Shown piece after piece: positions 54,756 to 64,000 of a stretch of DNA of 64,000 nt (its first letter is position 1; each line of letters begins with the position of its first letter). Under the pieces are notes generated by a model that made no database searches, had not been told where the DNA came from, and saw only the letters and a program-made list of their open reading frames with translations. The DNA lies in contig JAMIIA010000188.1 in NCBI GenBank assembly GCA_035913795.1, forward strand, positions 6,042 through 70,041, given 5' to 3'. The position numbers were made by a program, and so were the translations under genes. This stretch comes from Bacteroidales bacterium (GTDB lineage: Bacteria; Bacteroidota; Bacteroidia; Bacteroidales; UBA10428).

Positions 54756-57380
54756 TTATCCTTCTTTCACTTCCGGGTCCTTTTTCTTTCCTTCCTTAGG
54801 TTTTTCAAGGGCTTTGGGTTCCTGGGTGCCTTCGGTCAGCTTTTTTTCCTGGTGTACCACGTTTATGGTAATCTCTTCTTTTTCCTTATCAAAACCTACT
54901 TCTATTTTATCACCCTCTTTAATATCAGCCTTAATTATTACTTCGGCCATAGGGTCCTCGAGGTATTTCTGAATAGCCCGTTTGAGTGGCCTTGCGCCAA
55001 ACTGCACATCGTAGCCTTTTTCAGCAATAAAATCCTTGGCATCTTCGGTGAGTACAATTTCGTAACCCAATAGAATGATTCGCTTATACAAGCCTTTGAG
55101 TTCAATGTCGATGATTTTAAAGATGTCTTCCTTGGTTAGTGCATTAAATAAAACTACATCGTCGAGTCTGTTCAGGAACTCAGGAGCAAAAGCTTTTTTC
55201 AAAGCATTGTGAATTACGCTCTTGGCATATTCGTTGGTTTGGGCACTTTTTGTCTGGGTTGTAAAACCAACACCCTGGCCAAAATCTTTCAGCTGACGGG
55301 TGCCGATGTTAGAGGTCATAATAATGATGGTATTGCGAAAATCGATGCGACGACCAAGACTGTCGGTAAGCTGACCTTCGTCGAGAACTTGCAGCATGAG
55401 GTGAAACACATCGGGATGGGCTTTTTCGATTTCGTCGAGTAAAACTACCGAATAGGGTTTGCGCCTTACTTTTTCGGTAAGCTGACCTCCTTCTTCGTAA
55501 CCAATATAACCGGGAGGTGCACCTACGAGGCGGGACACGGAGAATTTCTCCATGTATTCACTCATATCCACCCGAATGAGGTTATCGATCGATTCGAACA
55601 GGTATTGAGCTAAGACCTTGGCAAGTTGTGTTTTACCAACACCGGTTGGGCCAAGAAAGATGAAGGAACCGATGGGTTTGTTTGGGTCTTTTAGTCCAGC
55701 CCGGTTACGTTGTATGGATTTCACAATTTTTTCGATGGCATCGTCCTGTCCAATAACACTGCCTTTTAACTCTGAATTCATTTTCAATAGGCGTGTACCC
55801 TCGGCCTGAGCAACACGTTGCACAGGCACACCAGTCATCATAGCCACTACTTCTGCTACTTTCTCTTCATCAACTACTTCGCGGTTACGGGCAAGTTCTT
55901 TTTCCCAGCGAAGCTTTTCGGCTTCGAGCAATTCGATAAACTCTTTCTCCTTGTCGCGGAAACTGGCTGCTTTTTCGAAATTCTGGTTTTTAACAGCCTT
56001 TATTTTTTCTTTCTTGGTTTCTTCTACCTTTTTCTCCAGTTCCAGAATTGAATCTGGCACAACAATGTTGGAGATATGCACCCTCGATCCGGCTTCGTCC
56101 ATGGCATCAATAGCCTTATCGGGAAGGTGACGGTCGGTAATGTATCGGTTGGTAAGGCGCACACAGGCGTGAATAGCATCTTCGGTATAAAAAACATTGT
56201 GATGATCTTCGTACCGTTCCTTGATGTTATTAAGTATTTCAAAGGTTTCAGCTTCGCTGGTTGGTTCAATCATTACCTTCTGGAAACGACGTTCCAAAGC
56301 ACCATCTTTTTCGATATGCTGACGGTATTCGTCGAGCGTAGTTGCTCCAATACATTGAATTTCACCCCTGGCCAGGGCAGGTTTTAACATGTTGGCTGCA
56401 TCGAGCGAACCAGTTGCACCACCAGCACCTACAATGGTGTGTATTTCATCGATAAAGAGAATAACATCGTTGGTTTTTTGAAGTTCGTTAAGTATGGCTT
56501 TCATGCGCTCTTCGAACTGGCCGCGGTATTTTGTACCGGCTACAATAGAGGCTAAATCGAGGGTAACAACCCGCTTGCCGAATAAAACACGCGAAACCTT
56601 ACGTTTGATAATACGCAGGGCAAGACCCTCGGCAATGGCCGATTTGCCTACTCCTGGTTCGCCAATGAGAATGGGGTTGTTTTTTTTTCGGCGGCTAAGA
56701 ATCTGGGCAATGCGCTCAATTTCTTTTTCGCGACCTACAATAGGGTCGAGGCGGTCTTCTTCGGCAGCTTTGGTAAGATCGATACCAAAATTATCGAGCA
56801 CAGGAGTATCAGAACTGGATTTTCCACCTTGTTCCGGATTTGCACCCATGTTGCCTTTTCCCGGGCCAAAAGTGCTTCCCGGGCCTTCGTCCTCGTCACT
56901 GGAGTATTCCGATTTAGTTTCCTGTGGCTTTGGAGGTTCCTGTTTATTCTCTTTTTCCAGTTCGGTTCGCACCCTGTAATAATCTACCTTATGGTTGGCA
57001 AGAACCTGACTTACATTTCCTTTGTCGTCTTTTAGTATGGCCAACAACAGATGGCCAGTATCTATTGTGCTTTTATTCAACGATTTAGCTTCAAGGTAAA
57101 CAAGTTTTAAGATTCGCTCAGAAGCCCGTAGCAAGGGAATGTTTTCGGTTTGTGTTACCTTAATAGGACCTGAAGGAGTTAAGCTGTTCTCGATATCACG
57201 CCTAAGGTCGTATAAATTCGCACCCAGCGAAATAAGAATGTCTATCGCAATGCCTTCTCCTTCTCTTAAAATTCCAAGGAAAAGGTGCTCAGGTCCAATT
57301 TCGGTATTTCCAAGCCTTATCGCTTCTTCTTTGCTGTAGGAGAGCACATCTTTAATGCGCTGTGAAAATTTTGCATCCAT
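54756..57380 (-). CDS. clpC: ATP-dependent Clp protease ATP-binding subunit (ClpC/ClpA-B family)
   Basis: Clp_N repeats. Two AAA+ modules with Walker [10 protein letters not shown] and [11 protein letters not shown]-like linker. Lys/Glu-rich C-terminal tail. Confidence 0.9.
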   Translation of the reverse strand: MDAKFSQRIKDVLSYSKEEAIRLGNTEIGPEHLFLGILREGEGIAIDILISLGANLYDLRRDIENSLTPSGPIKVTQTENIPLLRASERILKLVYLEAKSLNKSTIDTGHLLLAILKDDKGNVSQVLANHKVDYYRVRTELEKENKQEPPKPQETKSEYSSDEDEGPGSTFGPGKGNMGANPEQGGKSSSDTPVLDNFGIDLTKAAEEDRLDPIVGREKEIERIAQILSRRKKNNPILIGEPGVGKSAIAEGLALRIIKRKVSRVLFGKRVVTLDLASIVAGTKYRGQFEERMKAILNELQKTNDVILFIDEIHTIVGAGGATGSLDAANMLKPALARGEIQCIGATTLDEYRQHIEKDGALERRFQKVMIEPTSEAETFEILNNIKERYEDHHNVFYTEDAIHACVRLTNRYITDRHLPDKAIDAMDEAGSRVHISNIVVPDSILELEKKVEETKKEKIKAVKNQNFEKAASFRDKEKEFIELLEAEKLRWEKELARNREVVDEEKVAEVVAMMTGVPVQRVAQAEGTRLLKMNSELKGSVIGQDDAIEKIVKSIQRNRAGLKDPNKPIGSFIFLGPTGVGKTQLAKVLAQYLFESIDNLIRVDMSEYMEKFSVSRLVGAPPGYIGYEEGGQLTEKVRRKPYSVVLLDEIEKAHPDVFHLMLQVLDEGQLTDSLGRRIDFRNTIIIMTSNIGTRQLKDFGQGVGFTTQTKSAQTNEYAKSVIHNALKKAFAPEFLNRLDDVVLFNALTKEDIFKIIDIELKGLYKRIILLGYEIVLTEDAKDFIAEKGYDVQFGARPLKRAIQKYLEDPMAEVIIKADIKEGDKIEVGFDKEKEEITINVVHQEKKLTEGTQEPKALEKPKEGKKKDPEVKEG

Positions 57381-57430
57381 TTTATATAATCTCTTCAGTT
57401 TTTGGCTATTTTGCTTGCTTTTAATCCTTG

Positions 57431-57438
57431 CAAAGATA
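57431..57438 (-). promoter_or_regulatory. Candidate -7 promoter box (TAnnTTTG) for clpC
   Basis: Plus-strand caaagata equals minus-strand TATCTTTG, about 50 nt upstream of the clpC ATG. Confidence 0.3.
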
Positions 57439-57657
57439 GCGATAATAGTAACGCTTTATAAACATATTTTGTTGATAATTACTGCCATTTTTATACCATA
57501 AAATTAGCAAGAATGGCTACTTTCGTAGGCTGTTTGAATTTTAAGATTTTGCTTAATCTGTTGGTCAAAATTAACGGCAAATGAAAATAGCATTTTAAAC
57601 AAACGCTCATTCTTAAATTTACAAAATATTTTCAACAAATAAAACGCAAGCTTTGAA

Positions 57658-60180
57658 ATGGCAGAAGGTGAAAACATAATAAAAATAAATATTGAGGAAG
57701 AAATGAAATCGGCCTACATCGATTATTCGATGTCGGTGATTGTTTCACGTGCCTTGCCCGATGTGAGAGATGGTTTCAAACCAGTACACAGGAGGGTTTT
57801 ATTTGGCATGTCAGAATTAGGCGTTTTATCGAACAGACCTTATAAAAAGTCAGCCAGGATAGTAGGAGAGGTTTTAGGTAAGTACCACCCACATGGCGAT
57901 TCATCGGTATACGATACCATGGTTCGGATGGCTCAGTCCTGGTCTCTTCGTTATCCTTTGGTAGACGGACAAGGTAACTTTGGATCGATGGACGGTGACA
58001 GCCCTGCTGCCATGCGTTATACCGAAGCGCGCCTTCGGAAAATTGCAGAAGAGACCCTTGCTGACCTGGATAAGCAAACAGTAGATTTTCAGCTTAACTT
58101 TGATGATACCCTCGAAGAGCCTACTGTGCTGCCTACTCGTATTCCCAACCTTCTGGTAAACGGATCATCGGGTATTGCTGTGGGTATGGCTACCAACATT
58201 GCACCACACAACCTGAGAGAAGTGTGCCGCGCCATTCGGGCTTATATCGACAACAAGGATATTACTGTCGATGAGTTGATGGAGAAATACATTGTGGCAC
58301 CTGATTTTCCGACCGGTGGTACCATTTTTGGCCAGAAAGGTATTCGCGATGCCTTTGAAACGGGTCGTGGAAGAATTGTGCTACGGGCAAAAACAGAAAT
58401 TGAACACACCGAAACCGGGCGAGAGCGAATCGTTGTAACCGAAATACCCTACCAGGTTAATAAGGCGGAGATGATCAAGAAAATCGCCGACATGATTAAC
58501 GAGAAGAAACTTGATGGAATCTCTTACATCAACGACGAATCAGACCGGAACGGACTTCGCATTGTGATTATCGTCAAGAAAGACTCACAAGCCAATGTGG
58601 TGTTAAATAAATTGTACAAATACTCTCAATTACAAACCACCTTTAGCGTCAATAACATTGCACTTGTTAAAGGTCGTCCCCGCACACTCAACCTCATTGA
58701 GCTTATTAAATATTTCGTGGAGCATCGTCACGAAGTGGTAATTCGGCGTACTCAGTTTGAATTAAAAAAGGCAGAAGATCGGCAACACATACTCGAAGGA
58801 CTCATAATTGCCAGCGATAACATTGACGAAGTCATAAAAATTATCCGCAGTTCATCTTCGCCCGACGAAGCACGCGAGCGCCTCATGGAGCGCTTTAGCT
58901 TGTCTGACATACAAAGCCGCGCCATTGTCGAAATGCGCCTGCGTCAACTTACCGGACTGGAACAAGACAAATTACACCAGGAATACGAAGATCTGACCAA
59001 ACTGATTATTCGTTTGAAAGAAATTCTCGCCAACGAGGATTTACGGATGTCAATTATTAAAGAAGAAACCCTCGAGGTGGAAGAAAAATTTGGCGACGAG
59101 AGACGTACCGATGTGGTACCCGATGCCGGCGAGTTTAATCCTGAAGATTTCTATGCCGATGACGATATGCTCATCACCATCTCGCACATGGGGTATATTA
59201 AACGGACCAACCTGCAGGAATTCCGCACACAAAACCGGGGAGGAGTTGGTTCGAAAGGAAGTGACACCCGCGATGAAGATTTTCTGGAGCATATGTTTCA
59301 TGCCACCATGCACAACACCCTTCTATTTTTTACTGAAAAAGGTAAGTGCTTCTGGCTTAGAGTTTATGAAATACCAGAAGGAACCAAAACTTCAAAAGGA
59401 AGGGCCATACAAAACCTGATTAACATCGAAAGCGACGATAAGGTGAAAGCTTTTATTAAAGTAAAGGACTTTACAGACCAGGAGTACCTTAAGTCGAATT
59501 ACATTGTACTGGCCACCAAAGAAGGGCTTATTAAAAAAACTACCCTCGAAGCCTATTCGCGTATTCGTTCGAATGGTATTATAGCCATTAGTTTTCGCGA
59601 AGGCGATAGCCTGATTCAAGCCCGCCTGACAAATGGAAATAATGAAATAGTACTGGCAGTGAAGTCGGGTAAAGCTATACGCTTCAACGAAAAAACTGTG
59701 CGCACAGTTGGCCGCACCGCTTTAGGCGTAAGAGGAGTGAGGTTGGCATCGGAGAAAGATGAAGTGATTGGAATGGTAACCGTAGATGCCAGCAACAAGG
59801 AAACTACAATATTGGTTGTATCGGAGCAAGGATATGGAAAACGCACCGAAATCGAAGATTACAGGGTTACCAACCGCGGTGGAAAAGGAGTTAAAACCAT
59901 CAACATAACCGAAAAAACAGGATCACTCATTGCGATTAAAGCCGTATCCGACGATTCTGACCTGATGATCATAAACAAATCCGGACTTACCATTCGTCTG
60001 GCTGTGGAATCAATTCGAGTGGCAGGAAGGGCTACTCAGGGAGTGCGGTTAATTAACCTTCGCGCCGACGATTCAATTGCTGCCGTTGCCGGAGTGGCAA
60101 AAAGTGTTGAAGAGGAGGAAATAATTTCTGAAAACACAGAAATTACTGATAATGAAGTAGAAGAAGGAGAGCAATCCTGA
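57658..60180 (+). CDS. gyrA: DNA gyrase subunit A
   Basis: [14 protein letters not shown] and catalytic Tyr context [11 protein letters not shown]-terminal beta-pinwheel repeats and an acidic tail. Confidence 0.97.
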   Translation: MAEGENIIKINIEEEMKSAYIDYSMSVIVSRALPDVRDGFKPVHRRVLFGMSELGVLSNRPYKKSARIVGEVLGKYHPHGDSSVYDTMVRMAQSWSLRYPLVDGQGNFGSMDGDSPAAMRYTEARLRKIAEETLADLDKQTVDFQLNFDDTLEEPTVLPTRIPNLLVNGSSGIAVGMATNIAPHNLREVCRAIRAYIDNKDITVDELMEKYIVAPDFPTGGTIFGQKGIRDAFETGRGRIVLRAKTEIEHTETGRERIVVTEIPYQVNKAEMIKKIADMINEKKLDGISYINDESDRNGLRIVIIVKKDSQANVVLNKLYKYSQLQTTFSVNNIALVKGRPRTLNLIELIKYFVEHRHEVVIRRTQFELKKAEDRQHILEGLIIASDNIDEVIKIIRSSSSPDEARERLMERFSLSDIQSRAIVEMRLRQLTGLEQDKLHQEYEDLTKLIIRLKEILANEDLRMSIIKEETLEVEEKFGDERRTDVVPDAGEFNPEDFYADDDMLITISHMGYIKRTNLQEFRTQNRGGVGSKGSDTRDEDFLEHMFHATMHNTLLFFTEKGKCFWLRVYEIPEGTKTSKGRAIQNLINIESDDKVKAFIKVKDFTDQEYLKSNYIVLATKEGLIKKTTLEAYSRIRSNGIIAISFREGDSLIQARLTNGNNEIVLAVKSGKAIRFNEKTVRTVGRTALGVRGVRLASEKDEVIGMVTVDASNKETTILVVSEQGYGKRTEIEDYRVTNRGGKGVKTINITEKTGSLIAIKAVSDDSDLMIINKSGLTIRLAVESIRVAGRATQGVRLINLRADDSIAAVAGVAKSVEEEEIISENTEITDNEVEEGEQS

Positions 60181-60226
60181 TAATTAGAGTCGGGTTCTGT
60201 TCTAAATCCTTTGCAAAATTGATAAA

Positions 60227-60262
60227 TTGCCATACCTTGCGCCCGGTATGGCAATATTTTTG
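60227..60262 (+). terminator. Intrinsic terminator after gyrA
   Basis: ttgccatacc-ttgcgccc-ggtatggcaa is a perfect 10-bp stem followed by tattttt. Confidence 0.75.
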
Positions 60263-60304
60263 CCTTGTTTTTTTATCGAACTATAAATTTTAAAACTAAT
60301 TAAA

Positions 60305-61606
60305 ATGAATAAGCTGACAACATTCTTTGCAGTTGTACTCTTTGCATCTGCAAGCAACTTGATGGCCCAAACAGAAAGCACTACTGTTACAGCGGCCTCA
60401 TCTTATGCTGGATTTGAGAAAAAGCTGATAGCAAGCGACAAAGACATGCAAGATCCGAAGAAAAATGTAACCCCCAAGTTCTGGTTATCCAGGGCAGGTT
60501 TAATGATGGATGCGTATTTTGTGAATCTTCAGTATCTTGCCAAAGACAACCAAATGCTTCTGATGTCATTTCAGTTTGGCGAGCCCAAGGAAAAACTTCA
60601 AGAGACCAAAGAAGGTGTAACTTATGATGTTTATGTTTATGAGCGCGTGACCATTACCTATTTGAATGGCTTTGTTTATAGTTGGGTCGAAACCAAACCA
60701 TTGCACCCAAATCCACTTACAACTGCACAGGAAGCCCTTGATAAAACTGTTGAACTGGATATAGAAAGCAAATTAGTAAAGAAAACCAAGGAAGAATACA
60801 AGCGTTTAACTGATCTTTTTAAGCGGCAGGCAATAGAAACATTTATGGTAAATGATTTCAAATCATCGTTTCAGAATTTTGAAAGCGCTGTAAGTGTCTC
60901 GTTAAAACCTATAATGGGCGGGGCGGTCGATACAGTATCGATGTTTAATGCAGGAATGGCCGCTTCGCGCGCCGAGATGGCTGAAGAAAGCATTAAGTAC
61001 TACGAAATGGCTCTTTCGTACAACTATCCTGAACCCACTTTGTATGTTTTTCTGAAAAATAAGTATTACGAAAAAGGAGATACTGCCAAAGGAGTAGAGA
61101 CTCTTTTAACTGGATTTAAAAAGTTTCCGGATAATCAGGATATTGTAGCCGAGATTATCAATTATTACTTGCTGACAGGCAAGGCCCAGGAGGCATTGGA
61201 TTATATACACATTGCCCAGGAGAAAGATCCGAGCAATGTATCGCTTTATTTTGCTGAAGCAACTTTATACGACAAACAAGGTGATATCGAGAAAGCCACA
61301 GCCACCTATCATAAATGCCTCGAGATTTCGCCCGACTATTTTAATGCTTACTTTAACCTGGGTGTAATGCATTATAACCAGTCACAAAAATATTTCGACC
61401 AAGCAAGCAAAGCTCCTGACAATGCTTACAAACAATTGATGGTTCAAGGTGAAGAAGAATTGAAAAAAGTAATTCCGATGATGAAAAAATGCCACGAACT
61501 TAATCCAAAAGATGTGGTAGTAATGGAAACGCTTAAATCGGTTTATTACCGTTTAAAGATGACAACTGAGTACGAAGAGATGAAAGCCAAATTGGCTGCT
61601 CAATAA
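60305..61606 (+). CDS. Tetratricopeptide-repeat lipoprotein/secreted protein
   Basis: 433 aa with a signal peptide. The C-terminal half has several TPR-like units (AEESIKYYEMAL, AQEALDYIHIAQEKDP, KATATYHKCLEISPDY). Confidence 0.8.
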   Translation: MNKLTTFFAVVLFASASNLMAQTESTTVTAASSYAGFEKKLIASDKDMQDPKKNVTPKFWLSRAGLMMDAYFVNLQYLAKDNQMLLMSFQFGEPKEKLQETKEGVTYDVYVYERVTITYLNGFVYSWVETKPLHPNPLTTAQEALDKTVELDIESKLVKKTKEEYKRLTDLFKRQAIETFMVNDFKSSFQNFESAVSVSLKPIMGGAVDTVSMFNAGMAASRAEMAEESIKYYEMALSYNYPEPTLYVFLKNKYYEKGDTAKGVETLLTGFKKFPDNQDIVAEIINYYLLTGKAQEALDYIHIAQEKDPSNVSLYFAEATLYDKQGDIEKATATYHKCLEISPDYFNAYFNLGVMHYNQSQKYFDQASKAPDNAYKQLMVQGEEELKKVIPMMKKCHELNPKDVVVMETLKSVYYRLKMTTEYEEMKAKLAAQ

Positions 61607-61618
61607 ATAGAAAAGGAC

Positions 61619-61645
61619 AGAGGGCATTTTTCGTGCCCTTTTCCC
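61619..61645 (+). terminator. Intrinsic terminator after the TPR gene
   Basis: agggca-tttttcg-tgccct stem followed by a T-rich tract. Confidence 0.6.
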
Positions 61646-62276
61646 TTGTTAATTATACTTAACATAATATAAATTATAAGACAATTAGTCAAATTCATTT
61701 CCCAGCCTTGTTGAATCGTTTCATGAGCCATTCCATGGGTTTTGGAAATAGTAAAATTTCGCTCTAGAATAAATTATTTAATTTTAAATGCAATTTCGCT
61801 TTCGCTTTTTGAACGAGAAAAAATATGAGTTTAAATATTTATTGTTAGTGATTAAAAGACTTTCTGATTTTTACAAAGAATATAATTGAGGGCAAGCAAA
61901 AGAATTTCGTTTAAAGTAATGTGTTCATCCCTGGCATCAAACTTATTTTTGCATTGCCATGCACCAATTGTCTATTTAACATAATTCATTAATATTTTAG
62001 AAAGGCAATTCACCTACGCATAGAAATTCCTATAATATTGAAGTGGCATTAAAGCTAGATCGTATAAATTTCATTCAATCAATACAATATAAGATTATTG
62101 GATGTATTTTATATTATACACTTAAAGATCCAGATCTGGGAATTGATAAACTTTTTGGTTGCACCTATTTCTATTGATAGATATTTAAATTGTTTTTATA
62201 CATTTGCGCATTAAAACAAAAGGGTATTTGGTCGTAATCTTTTACAATTAACCGGGTTATTGAATTGAAAACTAGA

Positions 62277-63698
62277 ATGAAGAACTCCTATTTTGATTTG
62301 GTTGAACAAAGTTTCTATTTTCCGCAAGAAGGCTTTGATTTGCGCGACAAGTATTTAACCTTTCATGGCATTTCGCTCAAATACCTTATTAACAAATACG
62401 GAACGCCGTTTAACCTTATTTATCTGCCCAAAATCGGCGATCAGATTAAAAAGGCCAGAAACCTATTTAACCGTTCGATTCGTAACAATGCTTACCGTGG
62501 CGATTATCAATATTGTTATTGCACCAAATGCAATCACTTCCACCATGTGATAAGCGAAGCACTTAAGCACAAAGTAAACTTAGAAACATCGTCGGCTTTT
62601 GATATAGACTTGATTTTGCACCTCTACAAGCAAAAAAAACTCGACAGCAAGCGTATCATTGTACACAACGGCTATAAAACTGACGAATACATCGATCGTA
62701 TCCTGCATCTTCAGGAAGCTGGTTTTGTGAATTCCATCGTTATTCTGGACAGCTTAAAGGAGATGGAAAGGCTCTTTACCCAGATAAATAAACGAAAAAT
62801 GGATCATCGTGTAAAAATTGGGCTTCGCATGTCGATTAATGAAGAACCCCAATCGGCCTATTACACATCCAGGCTTGGTATTCCGCAATCGGAAGTGATG
62901 GACTTTTTTCGCGAAAACATCAAGAATAACCCCAGCGTGGAGTTGAAAATGTTTCACTTTTTTGTTGATTCTGGCATCAAGGACAGCTTTTACTACTGGG
63001 GAGAGTTTAAAAAAGCAATTGATCTCTACATCGAATTAAAGAAAGAAAGTGATACCCTCGATTCGTTTAACCTTGGTGGCGGTTTTCCTATCCGCAACCA
63101 CATGGGCTTTGAGTACGATTACGAGTACATGATCAATGAGATCATTAAAAACATTAAAGAAGCCTGCGAGAACGAGCAAATTATTGAACCACATATATTT
63201 ACAGAGTTTGGCAAATACACTGTTGGGGAAAGTTCGGCCATTATTTTTAAAGTATTGGAGCAAAAACAGCAGAACGACGCTGAGTTATGGTATATCATTA
63301 ACAACAGCCTGATGAATACCATTCCCGATGCATGGTCGATTAACGAAAAATTTATTTTGTTGCCAGTCAATAAATGGCAAAACGAATATACCCGTGTAGC
63401 CATAGGTGGCATCAGCTGCGACTATTCCGATTATTATAACTCCGAAGACCTGAACCAGGAGGTTGTACTACCCCGTTTTGATGACAATGATGAAGAACCG
63501 CTCTACATCGGATTTTTTCATACGGGTGCTTACCAGGATTCGATCAGCGGATATGGTGGCATCAAGCACTGCTTGATTCCTGCTCCAAAACATGTGATTA
63601 TTGATCGGGATGAAGAAGGAAACTTTATCGATTACATTTACCGTAACGAGCAGTCGGCCTCCGAAATGTTCAGTATTTTGGGCTACTCAGAACTATAA
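62277..63698 (+). CDS. Type III PLP-dependent decarboxylase, arginine-decarboxylase-like
   Basis: ATG at 62277 (the ORF track begins at a TTG at 62265). PLP-lysine context YCYCTKCNH, FNLGGGFP, EFGKYTV, GGISCDYSD and HTGAYQDS fit the Orn/DAP/Arg decarboxylase fold. The neighbouring saccharopine-DH-family gene suggests polyamine metabolism. Confidence 0.78.
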   Translation: MKNSYFDLVEQSFYFPQEGFDLRDKYLTFHGISLKYLINKYGTPFNLIYLPKIGDQIKKARNLFNRSIRNNAYRGDYQYCYCTKCNHFHHVISEALKHKVNLETSSAFDIDLILHLYKQKKLDSKRIIVHNGYKTDEYIDRILHLQEAGFVNSIVILDSLKEMERLFTQINKRKMDHRVKIGLRMSINEEPQSAYYTSRLGIPQSEVMDFFRENIKNNPSVELKMFHFFVDSGIKDSFYYWGEFKKAIDLYIELKKESDTLDSFNLGGGFPIRNHMGFEYDYEYMINEIIKNIKEACENEQIIEPHIFTEFGKYTVGESSAIIFKVLEQKQQNDAELWYIINNSLMNTIPDAWSINEKFILLPVNKWQNEYTRVAIGGISCDYSDYYNSEDLNQEVVLPRFDDNDEEPLYIGFFHTGAYQDSISGYGGIKHCLIPAPKHVIIDRDEEGNFIDYIYRNEQSASEMFSILGYSEL

Positions 63699-63810
63699 TC
63701 TCAATTTCGGAGGATATTGATGGTATAGCGATCCTGTTTGCCAGAGAAAATTGAATATCCTATGTTGCGATGCGGGTTGAATTTGTAAAAGCCTGGTTTT
63801 TCTGACCTTC

Positions 63811-64000
63811 TTAATGAGAGGTTTTCTCGACAAATTTTATCCCATATCCTTCCAGTTCATTCAGAATGGGCTCATAAATTTCTTTTTTGGTTGGAATATG
63901 GACTCCTGCGAGGCTTATCTGTCCTGTAAGTACCATTTTGGTAGCAATGGCAAGTGGCAGGCCTACCGTTTTTGACATGGCAGTATGCAATGTGTTTTCG
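63811..64000 (-). CDS. Saccharopine dehydrogenase family protein, C-terminal fragment (runs off the window)
   Basis: The minus-strand translation ends ...ENTLHTAMSKTVGLPLAIATKMVLTGQISLAGVHIPTKKEIYEPILNELEGYGIKFVEKTSH*. This matches the C-terminal TVGxPxAIxxKxxLxGxI...GVxxP pattern of the family. Confidence 0.65.
   Translation of the reverse strand, partial: ENTLHTAMSKTVGLPLAIATKMVLTGQISLAGVHIPTKKEIYEPILNELEGYGIKFVEKTSH

Noticed and set aside
61788-61889. 33-codon ORF in the AT-rich stretch upstream of the decarboxylase gene
   Set aside because: It is too short, with no promoter or terminator framing and nothing I can recall as a homologue. It is mentioned only in the leader finding.
1-64000. 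Search for tRNA, rRNA, tmRNA, RNase P, SRP RNA, CRISPR arrays, transposases, integrases and terminal inverted repeats
   Set aside because: I noticed no T-loop GTTCGAATC-type tRNA arms outside coding sequence. There is no RNase P GAGGAAAGTCC core, no regularly spaced direct repeats, and no ORF with transposase or integrase motifs. This was visual scanning only, so a covariance-model scan could still find small RNAs.

Overview
This 64 kb window looks like a Bacteroidota chromosome segment and is mostly housekeeping. The phylum call rests on TAnnTTTG-type -7 boxes, CarboxypepD_reg/TonB-dependent receptors, a GldM_C-like protein, the rpmB-rpmG-DUF4295 arrangement and weak or absent Shine-Dalgarno sites. 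All functional calls come from reading motifs in the supplied translations; no searches were run.

Main blocks:
- Cell-envelope genes at 31-4307: an OmpA/TPR/PD40 protein, a SPOR-like protein and a GldM_C-like protein. rlmN and metA follow.
- A REC-only regulator with a DUF2721 protein, and two TonB-dependent receptor loci, one preceded by YfiR/DUF4154.
- yjbQ with DUF4301, and a VTC + DUF4956 pair divergent from a rubredoxin gene that falls below the ORF-track cutoff.
- pepD, cysQ and an ECF sigma / anti-sigma / DUF4097 operon.
- A contiguous nine-gene minus-strand heme operon, hemA-C-B-L-E-N-Y-F-H (24469-34832).
- A propeller/Y_Y_Y histidine kinase.
- A minus-strand sulfite-reduction/siroheme block, cysJ-cysI-[MNT-HepT toxin-antitoxin]-precorrin-2 dehydrogenase-cobA::hemD fusion.
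- sucD, fabG, an M48 peptidase, cinA, rpmB-rpmG-DUF4295, ftsY, rimO, a SAM methyltransferase, clpC, gyrA, a TPR protein, an arginine-decarboxylase-like gene and a partial saccharopine-dehydrogenase-family gene.

I recognised no rRNA, tRNA, CRISPR array, transposase or integrase.

I did not find a clear-cut novel multi-gene system. The candidates most worth a second look are:
- the uncharacterised VTC/DUF4956 pair;
- DUF4301, which carries UDP-glucose-pyrophosphorylase-like motifs;
- the YfiR-TBDR-free CarboxypepD_reg module;
- the HepT/MNT cassette sitting in-line inside the cys/siroheme operon;
- a tri-partite CobA-HemD fusion with an unassigned N-terminal region;
- several unexplained non-coding stretches, including an orphan terminator downstream of hemH.
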